Shown: positions 1-9,667, counted from the first letter of the stretch. The stretch is 46,309 bases of DNA from SAR86 cluster bacterium (GCA_029254395.1 JAQWXQ010000056.1:1-46309); one strand, 5' to 3'. Notes: a model not told the origin generated them from the letters alone. Made by a program: numbers and translations.

Positions 1-77
1 TGGTGGCTATGGGTGGAATTGAACCACCGACCCCAGCGTTATGAGTGCTGTGCTCTAACCGTCTGAGCTACATAGCC
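1..77 (-). tRNA. tRNA-Met (anticodon CAU), elongator type
   Basis: Reverse complement reads GGCTATGTAGCTCAGACGGTTAGAGCACAGCACTCATAACGCTGGGGTCGGTGGTTCAATTCCACCCATAGCCACCA. It has a 7-bp acceptor stem (GGCTATG/CATAGCC), a GTTCAATTC T-loop, CAT in a CTCATAA anticodon loop and an encoded CCA. The G1-C72 pair and close resemblance to E. coli elongator tRNA-Met (from memory) argue against an initiator. tRNA-Ile2 (lysidine) is not formally excluded. There is an A31/C39 mismatch in the anticodon stem. Confidence 0.85.
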
Positions 78-86
78 AATCGTTGA

Positions 87-114
87 ATGATAATTATATA
101 TAAACGATAGTCAA
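87..114 (-). promoter_or_regulatory. Candidate sigma70 promoter for tRNA-Met (TTGACT-N16-TATCAT)
   Basis: On the minus strand, TTGACT (109-114) is followed by a 16-nt spacer and TATCAT (87-92). The -10 ends 9 nt before the mature tRNA 5' end at 77. This is a motif match by eye only. Confidence 0.4.
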
Positions 115-127
115 TATAATTTTTTAC

Positions 128-1219
128 TTAAACATTAAATTTAAAGTGGATGACATCCCCATCCTTCACAAGATACTCTTTGCCTTCAAGCCTTAGCTTT
201 CCCTTCTCTTTGGCCCCTGATTCACCCTGACACTCTACATAGTCATTAAAGGCGATAACTTCAGCTTTGATAAAACCTTTTTCAAAATCAGTATGAATAA
301 CCCCTGCAGCATTAGGCGCAAGTGAGCCTTTTCTAATCGTCCAAGCTCTAAGTTCTTTAGGTCCTGCTGTAAAATATGTCTCTAGTCCTAATATTTCATA
401 ACCTTTAAATATTATTTTATTGAGAACTGGCTCGTCCATATCCATCAATTCTAAGTATTCTTTTTTTTCTACTTCATCCTCGATAGAGGCTATTTCTTGT
501 TCAATTTTTATTGATGCAGGTATCACCATAGAGTTACTTTGTTTTGCAAACTCCTGAAGTTTGGCTAACTCATTATCCGACGAACCATCATCAGATATGT
601 TTGCTATATAAAAAATGGGTTTTGTACTTAAAAGGTGATACCTATTAACAATTTTTTTGTCATCAACCTCATATTCATTGATATCAATTAGATTACCAGC
701 CTCAAGTTTAGTCTTTATTGCTGATAGCAAATCATAATCACGTTTATTATCTTTATCATTAGTCTTTAGAAGTTTTTCACATTTAACCAATCTTTTACCA
801 ACTGACTCTAGATCAGCCATAATTAGCTCGAGGTTTATTATTTCAGCATCTTTAACTGAATTTATTTCACCGTCAACATGTGTAATATTTTTATCCTCAA
901 AACACCTAACAACATGAGCTAGAGCATTCATCTCTCTTATGTTAGATAAAAAAGCGTTTCCAAGGCCTTCACCTTGTGATGCGCCTTTAACTAAACCAGC
1001 TATATCAACTAAATCAAGCGTTGCAGGGACTATTTTCTCTGAGGATACTATTTTTTGAAGCTCCACTAATCTATTATCAGGCAATTGCACCTTTCCAACA
1101 TTAGGCTCAATTGTACAGAATGGAAAATTTTCAGCAGGAATAGAGGAGTTGGTTAATGCATTAAATAAGGTGGATTTACCAACATTTGGTAGACCTATAA
1201 TCCCACACTTAAATCCCAT
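128..1219 (-). CDS. ychF: Ribosome-binding ATPase YchF (Obg-family GTPase/ATPase)
   Basis: 363 aa. The N-terminus MGFKCGIIGLPNVGKSTLFNALT carries a P-loop, and the C-terminal TGS-like end ...KDGDVIHFKFNV is typical of YchF. The ychF-pth synteny is conserved. Confidence 0.95.
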   Translation of the reverse strand: MGFKCGIIGLPNVGKSTLFNALTNSSIPAENFPFCTIEPNVGKVQLPDNRLVELQKIVSSEKIVPATLDLVDIAGLVKGASQGEGLGNAFLSNIREMNALAHVVRCFEDKNITHVDGEINSVKDAEIINLELIMADLESVGKRLVKCEKLLKTNDKDNKRDYDLLSAIKTKLEAGNLIDINEYEVDDKKIVNRYHLLSTKPIFYIANISDDGSSDNELAKLQEFAKQSNSMVIPASIKIEQEIASIEDEVEKKEYLELMDMDEPVLNKIIFKGYEILGLETYFTAGPKELRAWTIRKGSLAPNAAGVIHTDFEKGFIKAEVIAFNDYVECQGESGAKEKGKLRLEGKEYLVKDGDVIHFKFNV

Positions 1220-1786
1220 TTAACTAGTGTGAAGCTTTTTTTGAGCTTCAGCATATTTTTTATTACAAATATCATCAAATACATTAGTAAAGTTCTTATA
1301 ACCTTTATCAATAAGATGTTTATCAGTAGGGCTAAATTTATTTAATACCCACCTATTCACTTCTGACTTCATACCTGGATGACCAATCCCAATTCTAACT
1401 CTTGAGAACTCTCTTGATGATGTCCTATGGAATATATCCTTAAGACCATTGTGTCCACCATGACCACCATCTATTTTAAAGCGAACATCGCCAGGGCCTA
1501 AATCTAGGTCGTCATGCATTAAAATAATATTTTTAGGATCCAAGTTTTTATTCTTCATTACCTTAGATACACTCACACCACTATTATTCATATAGTTATT
1601 AGGTATTACCCATAGAATTTTATTTTCATGAGATGATGAAATGGAGGCTTCGTATTTTTTCTTTTCTTCGAAAACAAGCGAATAAGTTTTGGCCAATTCT
1701 ACTAACCAATCTTTTCCTACATTATGTTTTGTTTGATCATACTTAGATCCAGGGTTACCAAGACCTATCAAGCAAAGATCATACAT
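1220..1786 (-). CDS. pth: Peptidyl-tRNA hydrolase
   Basis: 188 aa. It contains the GLGNPGSKYDQTKHNVG motif and GHNGLKDI. Its stop codon abuts the ychF start. Confidence 0.95.
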   Translation of the reverse strand: MYDLCLIGLGNPGSKYDQTKHNVGKDWLVELAKTYSLVFEEKKKYEASISSSHENKILWVIPNNYMNNSGVSVSKVMKNKNLDPKNIILMHDDLDLGPGDVRFKIDGGHGGHNGLKDIFHRTSSREFSRVRIGIGHPGMKSEVNRWVLNKFSPTDKHLIDKGYKNFTNVFDDICNKKYAEAQKKLHTS

Positions 1787-1803
1787 AAGTAAACCTATCT
1801 AAG

Positions 1804-2484
1804 TTACTCAGACTCTTCGGTAGAATCCTCATCTGAAGCATCTTCATCAGCATCGCCTTCTTGAACTTCCTCGCCATCAGCAGGGATAGGCTCTTCTTCT
1901 ACAACGGCTTTAGGCGCATTTATTGATACAATCATCTGGTCTGTAGATTCATCTAAACCAGGTATTTCACTTCCCTTAGGAAGATTAAGTTCTGAAAGTC
2001 TTATTGCACTTCCTAAAGCAAGATTTTGTACATCAACCTCTATAGACTCAGGTATATCACCGGCTGAACAAAGTATTTCTATCTCTCGTATTGATTTATT
2101 AATGACTCCACCCTCGTTTTTAACACCTTCACACTCTTCTTCGTTAGTGAAGTTAACAGGGATGACAACTTTTAATTTTGTTTTACTTGATACTCTTTGA
2201 AAATCAGCATGCAAAAACCTGCCTTTCGCTGGGTCTTTTTGAAGTTCTTTGAGTACAACTTTTTCTTCAAGCTCACCAGTTTTAATTATCAGAACCTGAG
2301 TATAAAAAAGTTCATCTTGTGATGCTTTTGTTAATTCGTTTAATCTAAGTTTAATATTTAATGAGTCTTTCTCAGCTCCATAAATAATAGCTGGCACCAT
2401 ACCATCGATGTTTCTAATAACTCGTGCTTTGTTAGATCCAGTTCTTTCTCTTGGATCTGCATTTAAAATAATTTGTTCGCTCAT
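1804..2484 (-). CDS. rplY: 50S ribosomal protein L25 / general stress protein Ctc (long form with acidic tail)
   Basis: 226 aa. The N-terminus RERTGSNKARVIRNIDGMVPAIIYG is typical of L25/Ctc, and the C-terminus is Asp/Glu-rich. It sits in the prs-rplY-pth-ychF context. Confidence 0.9.
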   Translation of the reverse strand: MSEQIILNADPRERTGSNKARVIRNIDGMVPAIIYGAEKDSLNIKLRLNELTKASQDELFYTQVLIIKTGELEEKVVLKELQKDPAKGRFLHADFQRVSSKTKLKVVIPVNFTNEEECEGVKNEGGVINKSIREIEILCSAGDIPESIEVDVQNLALGSAIRLSELNLPKGSEIPGLDESTDQMIVSINAPKAVVEEEPIPADGEEVQEGDADEDASDEDSTEESE

Positions 2485-2493
2485 AATATCCTC

Positions 2494-3447
2494 TTATATA
2501 AATATTTCACTTAATGATTCATCGCGACTTAATCGCTTGATGCACTCGGCAATAATCGAGGCCAGTGAAATGACGCGTATTTTACTGCATTTTTGTGCTT
2601 CATGGGACAATGGAATTGAATTAGTTACAACTAACTCATCAATTTCTGATTTTTCAAGTCTTTCTATTGCAGGACCCGATAAAACAGGGTGTGTAATATA
2701 TGCTTTAACAGCTTTTGCTCCTTGTTGTTTGAGTGCAGCTGCAGCGTTACATAAAGTGCCTGCAGTATCTATAATGTCATCAGGAACAATGCATACTTTA
2801 CCTTCAATATCACCAATGATATTCATTACCTCAGATTGATTTGCAGCAGCTCTTCTTTTGTCAATAATTGCTAAGTCAGTATCATCTAATAACTTTGCAA
2901 GAGCCCTAGATCTCACAACACCACCAACATCAGGAGATACAACTACTATTTCATCTCTTTCATTTGTATCTTTTATATCATCAACCATTAGCATAGTTGC
3001 ATATACATTATCTGCAGGCATATCAAAGAAACCCTGAATAGTTTCAGAATGAAGGTCAATAGTTAAAACTCTATCAATACCAACACTATGAAACATATCA
3101 GCAACAACTTTAGCGCTTATTGGAACTCTAGCAGATCGAACTCTTCTATCCTGTCTTGCATATCCATAATACGGAACGATTGCTGTAATTTTTGATGCAG
3201 ATGAACGTTTTAATGCATCAGCTAAGAACATTAACTCCATTAAGTTTTTATTACTTGGAGCACATGTAGATTGAATTATAAATGTGTCGTGACCTCTAAC
3301 ATTGTCTTCAATTTGTACTTTAATCTCACCATCAGAAAAGTATCCAACATCGGCAGGAGCTACTACAGTCCCAAGAATTGACGCGACTTCATTTGCTAAT
3401 TCAATATTTGCAGTTCCGGTAAAAAGGTCAATTTTTTTAACATTCAT
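2494..3447 (-). CDS. prs: Ribose-phosphate pyrophosphokinase (PRPP synthetase)
   Basis: 317 aa. It contains YARQDRR and the PRPP-binding loop [12 protein letters not shown] (here [12 protein letters not shown]). Confidence 0.95.
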   Translation of the reverse strand: MNVKKIDLFTGTANIELANEVASILGTVVAPADVGYFSDGEIKVQIEDNVRGHDTFIIQSTCAPSNKNLMELMFLADALKRSSASKITAIVPYYGYARQDRRVRSARVPISAKVVADMFHSVGIDRVLTIDLHSETIQGFFDMPADNVYATMLMVDDIKDTNERDEIVVVSPDVGGVVRSRALAKLLDDTDLAIIDKRRAAANQSEVMNIIGDIEGKVCIVPDDIIDTAGTLCNAAAALKQQGAKAVKAYITHPVLSGPAIERLEKSEIDELVVTNSIPLSHEAQKCSKIRVISLASIIAECIKRLSRDESLSEIFI

Positions 3448-3464
3448 AAATTAGTCCAAAAAAA

Positions 3465-3539
3465 TGGCTGGGGTGGAAGGATTCGAACCTACGCATGACG
3501 GGATCAAAACCCGTTGCCTTACCGCTTGGCTACACCCCA
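3465..3539 (-). tRNA. tRNA-Gln (anticodon UUG)
   Basis: Reverse complement is TGGGGTGTAGCCAAGCGGTAAGGCAACGGGTTTTGATCCCGTCATGCGTAGGTTCGAATCCTTCCACCCCAGCCA. It has the cloverleaf acceptor TGGGGTG/CACCCCA, a TTG anticodon, a GTTCGAATC T-loop and an encoded CCA. It is wedged 5 nt after the ispE stop and 17 nt before the prs start, so it is probably co-transcribed and then processed. Confidence 0.9.
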
Positions 3540-3544
3540 TAACT

Positions 3545-4339
3545 CTAAAATTTCATGGTCAAGGGTGCATATTGTAATGGTTTAGTTAAAAAGAATCTCC
3601 AATTGGATGGAATTATTTTTAAAATTTTATCTAATTCGTGATGCGACTCATAGGCTACAAACATGCTTGACCCACTTCCAGAAAGGCACAGCTTAAAGTC
3701 ATCTCTATATTTTGTAACAAAATCATTTATTTCGTTATTTAATGATTTGTATACATTCCAAAATGAATTTTGCTTATCCAAATCTAAAGTAGTGCCTCGA
3801 TCAAATTTTTTGTACATTTCAGCAGAGGAACAATGAGTATTCGGATATATTATTAAGAAGTCTTTGCTTTCACTATTTTTATTCACAAGCTTTTCTCCAA
3901 TGCCACTTACATATGCATTACTTCCATTTATAAAAAAAGGAACATCTGCTCCCAATTTAGCACCCAAGGCCATTAATTCATTTTTATCTAAATCTATATC
4001 CCAGATTCGATTGAGAACCACTAGAGCAGTTGCTGCATTCGAACTTCCTCCACCCAAACCAGACCCGGTTGGTATATTTTTATTTATTTCAATTTTAACT
4101 GAATGATTGGCATCTGATGTTTCATTAAGAAGCATAGCAGCTTGGTAAACAATATTCTCATGCATTTCAATACCAAGATCACACTCAACTTGCACACCCA
4201 TGCTAGATTCTTTGAAAGATAATTCATCACAAATATCAACCAATTGAAACGCAGAATCAATCTCATGATAGCCACTTTCAAGTTTTGATAAAATATGGAG
4301 GTAAAGGTTTATTTTAGCAGGCGACTTTATTTTTATCAT
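3545..4339 (-). CDS. ispE: 4-diphosphocytidyl-2-C-methyl-D-erythritol kinase
   Basis: It has the GHMP kinase motif PTGSGLGGGSSNAA. The N-terminus MIKIKSPAKINLYLHI aligns with the E. coli IspE start, so I prefer the third in-frame Met (start codon 4337-4339) over the ORF-track start at 4378, which would overlap lolB. Confidence 0.9.
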   Translation of the reverse strand: MIKIKSPAKINLYLHILSKLESGYHEIDSAFQLVDICDELSFKESSMGVQVECDLGIEMHENIVYQAAMLLNETSDANHSVKIEINKNIPTGSGLGGGSSNAATALVVLNRIWDIDLDKNELMALGAKLGADVPFFINGSNAYVSGIGEKLVNKNSESKDFLIIYPNTHCSSAEMYKKFDRGTTLDLDKQNSFWNVYKSLNNEINDFVTKYRDDFKLCLSGSGSSMFVAYESHHELDKILKIIPSNWRFFLTKPLQYAPLTMKF

Positions 4340-4343
4340 TTTC

Positions 4344-4853
4344 TTAAGATTTAACGTACCCATTAACTTGAAATTCATATCCTCTTATCTCAAATGAAGT
4401 TTTATTTTCGATTTTTGAGCATACCAATCTGATGTTGTTATTTTGAACAAAAAGATACTCAGGTCTATCTTTTATCTCACTATCTTTAAGAAGGTTTTTT
4501 GAATCAAGGCACTGATTTAACCAGACATAGATTTTTTTATAATCAACATTTCTCAAATCTGAATTCACAAACATATTATTTGATGGGGTTGATTCTATAT
4601 CCCCATTGCGCTTAACGCTCAAATCCAAAACATTCCCAAAAAATGGTTTGCTTACCTGTATAATGAATACATTGCCTTGCTTAACAATGCTTGTAGTAAA
4701 TGCTGAATTGAAATTCGAGTTATCAGCATAAAATTTACCAGTATAAATTTGTTGCTTTGACGTAAGTAGTGAATTTGAAGCGCATGAAAATAAGATGGGC
4801 ATTAGTAAAAACAAACATAAATTTTTATAAATGGAATTACAACTTTTCGGCAT
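4344..4853 (-). CDS. lolB: Outer-membrane lipoprotein LolB (short form)
   Basis: 169 aa. The lipoprotein signal peptide MPKSCNSIYKNLCLFLLMPILFSC has a lipobox Cys at residue 24. The gene occupies the conserved position between hemA (divergent) and ispE. Weak motif similarity to LolB (YTGKFYA, KPFFGNVLDLSV). Confidence 0.65.
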   Translation of the reverse strand: MPKSCNSIYKNLCLFLLMPILFSCASNSLLTSKQQIYTGKFYADNSNFNSAFTTSIVKQGNVFIIQVSKPFFGNVLDLSVKRNGDIESTPSNNMFVNSDLRNVDYKKIYVWLNQCLDSKNLLKDSEIKDRPEYLFVQNNNIRLVCSKIENKTSFEIRGYEFQVNGYVKS

Positions 4854-6063
4854 AAATCACAAAACCTCTAATGTTTCTGAAAGAGAAAGATTTATTATAA
4901 ATGAGTCTAATCAATTTTTACTCAATACCTTAATAAAAGATAAATATAAAAATACTATTGTTTCATTTTTTGGCTTGTCCACGTGTAATAGAAGCGAAAT
5001 ATACATACTTGGAAAAAAGGGAGTAATTAAAAGTTTTTTTGAAGAGGCCTCTAAATTATTTTATTTAAATGAAATAAACATTTCTCAATTTTACTTTCTC
5101 CAAGACGAGGATGCTTTCATTCATATGTGCAAAGTTGCAGCTGGTATTGACTCCCAAGTCTTAGGTGAGCAAGAAATTTTTGGTCAATACAAAAATGCGA
5201 TCGCACTTTCGAAAAGTATCGGAGTCATGGACTCTAACTTGCAAAGATATGCCAATAAAGCAATTGAGGTTGTAAGAAAGGTTAGAACCAATACCAATAT
5301 TGGCGTAAACCCTCTTTCAATAAGTGGCCTTTCTTTAAAATTAATAAAAAATATATTTGAAAACCCAATTAATCAGAAAATTTTAGTAATAGGCGCTGGT
5401 TCTTTGGCCCAGGATGTAATTAAAAATCTTTATAACAAAGGCGTGAGAGATATTAGGGTTGTTAACAGAAGTGTTAAAGAAATTATTATTTCTGACTCTT
5501 TTGGAATAGCATCTTCGCCATTATCAACATTACATAGCGAACTTGAACATGCTGATGTAGTTATAGCTTCTGCAATAACAGAATTACCTATTATTGGTAA
5601 AGGCGCAGTAGAAAAATCATTATTTAAAAGAGGAAATAAACCTTTACTTCTTATTGACTTAGCAGTTCCAAGAAATATTGAAGAAGAGGTTAAAGATATA
5701 GAAACAATTTACCTTTACACAATAGATGATATTGAAAAAATAACACAAGATAACCTTGGTCAAAGAAGGATTGAGGCTGAAAAAGCGTTAAACATGATTG
5801 TAAGAGAATCTCAGAATGCCTTATTCGAGCTTAGAAACATTAACTTTAAATCCTCTTTAAATAGAGATATATACAATCTTTTAAATAGTTTAGATGATGG
5901 TGAATTATCCCGATTTAAAAAAGACATAAACCATAAAGATCTTATTATGAATTTACTTTCTAACAACTCTTTTTATGATGATTCATTTGAGACTCTTAAA
6001 GAAATAAATAAAGTTGATAAACATATTGTTAGCTCAATGGTTAAGGGGTACTTTGATGCATAG
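4831..6063 (+). CDS. hemA: Glutamyl-tRNA reductase
   Basis: 410 aa. The N-terminus MELQLFGINHKTSNVSERERF parallels E. coli [21 protein letters not shown]. It has the STCNRSEIY active-site Cys motif and a GAGSLA NADPH fold. Confidence 0.9.
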   Translation: MELQLFGINHKTSNVSERERFIINESNQFLLNTLIKDKYKNTIVSFFGLSTCNRSEIYILGKKGVIKSFFEEASKLFYLNEINISQFYFLQDEDAFIHMCKVAAGIDSQVLGEQEIFGQYKNAIALSKSIGVMDSNLQRYANKAIEVVRKVRTNTNIGVNPLSISGLSLKLIKNIFENPINQKILVIGAGSLAQDVIKNLYNKGVRDIRVVNRSVKEIIISDSFGIASSPLSTLHSELEHADVVIASAITELPIIGKGAVEKSLFKRGNKPLLLIDLAVPRNIEEEVKDIETIYLYTIDDIEKITQDNLGQRRIEAEKALNMIVRESQNALFELRNINFKSSLNRDIYNLLNSLDDGELSRFKKDINHKDLIMNLLSNNSFYDDSFETLKEINKVDKHIVSSMVKGYFDA

Positions 6064-6067
6064 CTCA

Positions 6068-7141
6068 ATGAACATAAAGCTTGATAAGCTTAAAGAAAGA
6101 TTGAATGAAATTCAGGAGATGCTATCTCAGCCAGAAGTTGTAAATGATATGGAAAACTATACTGCGTTAAATAAAGAGTTCTCTGAGCTTGGCCCAATTG
6201 TGAGCAAATACAACGAATACATAGAATTAGATAACGCAATAAATGAAGCTAAGGAATTATTGCAATCTGATGATGAAGACATGGTTCTTCTTGCAGAAGA
6301 GGAAATTGCTGAGGCTGCCAATAAGCCTGAAATCATTGAGCAAGAGCTCAAACTGATGTTATTACCCAAAGATACAGCAGATGATGGTTCTGCATATATA
6401 GAAATAAGAGCTGGGGCAGGTGGAGATGAGGCTGCTATTTTTGCTGGTGATTTATATAGAATGTACTCTCGACTTGCTGAAAGAGAGGGCTGGGTATTAG
6501 AAGAAATTAACATGCGCCCTGCAGAGCAAGGTGGCCTGAAAGAAGTAATTGGCAAATTGGAAGGCAAAGGGGTGTTTAAAGTTCTCAAATTTGAATCTGG
6601 TGTTCACCGTGTACAAAGAGTGCCTGAAACCGAATCACAAGGCAGAGTCCATACTTCAACGTGTACAGTGGCAATTCTTCCTGAGGTAGAAGAAGTTCAG
6701 GACATTCATATAGATAAAAATGACCTTAGAGTTGATACATTTAGAGCATCCGGAGCCGGTGGCCAGCATGTTAATAAAACAGACTCAGCTGTACGATTAA
6801 CCCATACGCCTACAGGATTGGTTGTAGAGTGTCAGGATGGAAGATCTCAGCATAAAAATAAAGAGAAAGCGATGTCTCTCTTAGCCGCTAAGTTAAAACA
6901 ACAAGAAATAGATTCCCAACAACAGAGTATTGCAAGTGAGCGTAAAATCCTTGTAGGAACTGGGGATAGAAGTGAGAAGATTAGAACTTACAACTTTCCT
7001 CAGGGCAGAATGACAGATCATAGGATTAAATTAACTCAACACAATCTTGATCAAATTATGGATGGAGATATTAAAGCGATTTGTGATGCATTGCTTGCAG
7101 AAAATCAACTTGCCATGCTCTCAAAGCTTGAAGAAGAATAA
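6068..7141 (+). CDS. prfA: Peptide chain release factor 1
   Basis: It contains the GGQ motif (SGAGGQHVNKTDSAVR) and the RF1-specific PET tripeptide (VQRVPETESQGR). The start is probably MNIKLDKLKERL at 6068, with 6056 also possible. The ORF-track start at 6014 lies inside hemA. Confidence 0.95.
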   Translation: MNIKLDKLKERLNEIQEMLSQPEVVNDMENYTALNKEFSELGPIVSKYNEYIELDNAINEAKELLQSDDEDMVLLAEEEIAEAANKPEIIEQELKLMLLPKDTADDGSAYIEIRAGAGGDEAAIFAGDLYRMYSRLAEREGWVLEEINMRPAEQGGLKEVIGKLEGKGVFKVLKFESGVHRVQRVPETESQGRVHTSTCTVAILPEVEEVQDIHIDKNDLRVDTFRASGAGGQHVNKTDSAVRLTHTPTGLVVECQDGRSQHKNKEKAMSLLAAKLKQQEIDSQQQSIASERKILVGTGDRSEKIRTYNFPQGRMTDHRIKLTQHNLDQIMDGDIKAICDALLAENQLAMLSKLEEE

Positions 7142-7969
7142 TTGATAATTAATACTAAAATTCTTAGATCAAAAGTATCTGAAAGATTTAATGGCGACGA
7201 AGATATTTATAGTGAGCTAACATATTACTTAAAAAAGGTGCTTGGCATTTCTCTTGCTGACCTTTATTCAAGCGAAGATATAAAACTTAACAAAGAACAA
7301 TCTGCCAATCTTGATAATTTTTTTAAGCAAAAATTAAAAAAAAGACCCCTTGATTATATTCTGAAGGAATCTTCATTTTTCGGCAGAAATTTCTATATTG
7401 ATGAGAGAGTTTTAATTCCAAGATGTGAGACAGAGCTAATCATCCAATACTTTAAAGAAAATAAGACTTTAGGAAAAAAAAATATTTTAGATGCTGGAAC
7501 AGGCTCAGGATGCATAGCTATCTCTATCGCTTATCTGGACGATGATTATACTCTTTATGCGTCTGATAAAAGCAGTAGCGCACTTGAAGTAGCAGCTATC
7601 AATATAGAAAGACACAGGCTCAATAATATTTTTTTAACTCAAATGCACTGGCTTTCTGGGTTTCAAAAAGATGCATTTGATTTTGTGATATCAAATCCAC
7701 CCTATATTGAAGAGTATGATGCTCATCTGAAAGACTTATCTCATGAGCCAATAGAAGCCCTAGTTTCCTCTGAAAATGGCCTTGGTGATATAAAAGAAAT
7801 ATGCAGAAACGCATTCGAAGTTTTAAAATATGAGGGAATGCTTGTGCTTGAGCATGGATATAATCAATCCGAAGAAGTTTTGAGAATTTTACAGACAACG
7901 GGCTTAAAATTTAAAGAAACAATTAAAGATCATCAAGGACATCATAGGATTACAATTGCCACAAAATAA
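7142..7969 (+). CDS. prmC: Release-factor glutamine N5-methyltransferase PrmC (HemK)
   Basis: 275 aa. It has the SAM motif LDAGTGSGCIAI and the catalytic NPPY (VISNPPYI). The TTG start directly follows the prfA stop, and there is no in-frame ATG near the N-terminus. Confidence 0.9.
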   Translation: MIINTKILRSKVSERFNGDEDIYSELTYYLKKVLGISLADLYSSEDIKLNKEQSANLDNFFKQKLKKRPLDYILKESSFFGRNFYIDERVLIPRCETELIIQYFKENKTLGKKNILDAGTGSGCIAISIAYLDDDYTLYASDKSSSALEVAAINIERHRLNNIFLTQMHWLSGFQKDAFDFVISNPPYIEEYDAHLKDLSHEPIEALVSSENGLGDIKEICRNAFEVLKYEGMLVLEHGYNQSEEVLRILQTTGLKFKETIKDHQGHHRITIATK

Positions 7970-8044
7970 TTTCCCCTTTATCTTTTTTTGAACTAACTAT
8001 AATATAAGAAAAGCTAATATTTTATATTTCTAAAAGGGGGAATA

Positions 8045-9667
8045 ATGAAAGGAGATATGCAAAGTTGGACACCAAATATTGCTGGAATAATAGAGCATGC
8101 AAATAAGGTATTCCCTGATGTAGAGGTTGTAAGTAAATTAGTCTCAGGCGAAACACATAGAACAAACTATGGAGAGGTTTGCATTCGATCAAGAAAACTT
8201 GCATCTGCGCTTGAAAAGAATGGTTATAAAGAGGGGGATATACTTGCTACATTAGCTTTGAACTCATACAGGCATTTAGAAATATATTATGGCGTTTCTG
8301 GAATGGGCGCAATTAACCACACTTTAAATTTTAGACTTCATCCAGATCAAGCAGTCTACATAATTAATCATGCTGAAGATAAAATTATTTTCTGTGAGCT
8401 TCCGTTCGTCCCACTCTTGGAATCCTTACAAGATCAATTTAATACAGTAGAAAAATTTATTATTTTATGTGATGAGAATGAGCTTCCAGAAAGCTCACTA
8501 AAGAATACTATTTCATACGAAGAATTTCTTAAAGAAGGCGATGAGAATTACGTCTGGCCACAACTGCAAGATGATGCAGCCTGTGGGCTTTGTTATACAT
8601 CTGGAACAACAGGTGATCCTAAAGGTGTCTTATATTCTCATAAATCAACTGTTCTTCATTCCATGACAGCTGCTATGCCTGTCGCACTCGATATAAATAG
8701 AAAAGATTCAGTTCTTATGGTTGTCCCAATGTTCCATGTTATGGCATGGGGGCTTCCTTATTTTGCCCCAATGAATGGTATTAAAATTGTAATGCCTGGA
8801 ATGCAGATGGATGGTCCGTCTCTTTATAATCAAATTGAAAATGAAAACATAAGTATGGCATTTGGTGTACCTACAATCTGGATGCAGCTTCTAGGTCACT
8901 GTAGGGAGAATAATCTTAAATTGAATTCACTTAAGAAAACTCTTGTTGGTGGTGCTGCAGTTCCAGTTTCAATGATCAAAGAGTTTGATGAGAAGCATGA
9001 CGTTACATTAGTTCAAGGCTGGGGGATGACAGAAATGAGCCCGCTTGGAACTACTAATATCTTAACTGATGAGATGTTATCTATGCCAAAAGAAGAAAGA
9101 TATGTATTGCAGGCAAAAGCCGGGCGACCAATTTATGGAGTAGAAATTGATATCAGAGACGAAGAGGGTAAATCTTTGCCTCATGATGGAAAAGCATATG
9201 GTAATTTAGTTGTAAGAGGTCCATGGATATTACAAAAGTATTTTAAAGCTGAGAATGATGCTGTTGATGAGAATGGGTGGTTTGATACAGGCGATATTTC
9301 ATCTATTGATGAAGATGGGTATATGGCTATTGTTGATCGGGCAAAAGATGTAATAAAATCTGGAGGTGAGTGGATAAGTTCAATTGATCTCGAGAATGCA
9401 ACTGTTGGACATCCAGAAATAGCTGAAGCTTGTGTTGTTGGGTTACCGCATCCAAAATGGGATGAAAGACCAATGCTATTTGTGGTTACAAATACAGGTG
9501 ATGACATTGAGAAACAAAGTATTCTTGATTTCTTAAATGATAAAGTTGCTAAATGGTGGCTCCCTGACGAAATAATTTTCTTAAAAGAACTTCCGCATGG
9601 AGCTACTGGGAAATTGCAAAAATTTGAACTAAGAAAAGAATTTAAAAACCACTATATGGAGAAATAA
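8045..9667 (+). CDS. AMP-dependent acyl-CoA synthetase (medium/long-chain fatty-acid--CoA ligase family)
   Basis: 540 aa. It has the AMP-binding signature YTSGTTGDPKGV, WGMTE, and the C-terminal lysine motif GATGKLQK. A strong SD (AAGGGGGA) lies 4 nt upstream of the ATG. Substrate is not assignable from sequence alone. Confidence 0.85.
   Translation: MKGDMQSWTPNIAGIIEHANKVFPDVEVVSKLVSGETHRTNYGEVCIRSRKLASALEKNGYKEGDILATLALNSYRHLEIYYGVSGMGAINHTLNFRLHPDQAVYIINHAEDKIIFCELPFVPLLESLQDQFNTVEKFIILCDENELPESSLKNTISYEEFLKEGDENYVWPQLQDDAACGLCYTSGTTGDPKGVLYSHKSTVLHSMTAAMPVALDINRKDSVLMVVPMFHVMAWGLPYFAPMNGIKIVMPGMQMDGPSLYNQIENENISMAFGVPTIWMQLLGHCRENNLKLNSLKKTLVGGAAVPVSMIKEFDEKHDVTLVQGWGMTEMSPLGTTNILTDEMLSMPKEERYVLQAKAGRPIYGVEIDIRDEEGKSLPHDGKAYGNLVVRGPWILQKYFKAENDAVDENGWFDTGDISSIDEDGYMAIVDRAKDVIKSGGEWISSIDLENATVGHPEIAEACVVGLPHPKWDERPMLFVVTNTGDDIEKQSILDFLNDKVAKWWLPDEIIFLKELPHGATGKLQKFELRKEFKNHYMEK

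Noticed and set aside
1-127. tRNA-Met at the window edge as a possible genomic-island integration site.
   Set aside because: There is no integrase, no direct repeat of the tRNA 3' end and no compositional change in the adjacent DNA, which is ychF-pth core. The upstream side lies outside the window and cannot be judged.
78-127. Weak inverted repeat TCGTT…AACGA between ychF and tRNA-Met as a terminator.
   Set aside because: The stem is only 5 bp and AT-rich, the loop is about 20 nt, and there is no T-tract. The region is better explained as a tRNA promoter (TTGACT-N16-TATCAT).
2408-2839. Long plus-strand ORF (143 aa) antisense to prs. Similar shadow ORFs lie at 6157-6588 (in prfA), 9181-9507 (acyl-CoA synthetase), 10336-10758 (gatB), 12234-12446 (gatA), 13989-14312 (mreB), 17610-18008 (YhdP-like), 24169-24603 (murA), 34235-34453 (ftsZ) and 41223-41426 (mraY).
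   Set aside because: Each lies entirely within a strongly supported conserved gene on the opposite strand. Their translations are low-complexity (Ser/Ala/Pro/Ile-rich) with no motifs, starts or RBS. They cluster in the most conserved, relatively GC-richer genes, which is the classic shadow-ORF pattern.
3864-4281. ORFs at 3864-4106 (+) and 4084-4281 (-) within ispE.
   Set aside because: One is antisense and the other an alternative frame of ispE, whose GHMP-kinase motifs define the real frame.
6014-6067. N-terminal extensions in the ORF track for prfA (6014), ispE (4378), mlaC (22854), rplM (27100), rpsI (27522), murE (37994) and ftsW (42833).
   Set aside because: The extensions overlap the upstream gene and have no counterpart in the orthologues' N-termini. 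Downstream Met codons give N-termini that align with known proteins and produce typical stop/start junctions.
6056-7141. Possible programmed frameshift in the release-factor gene.
   Set aside because: The +1 frameshift is a property of prfB (RF2). This gene is RF1 (PET motif) and is a single uninterrupted frame.
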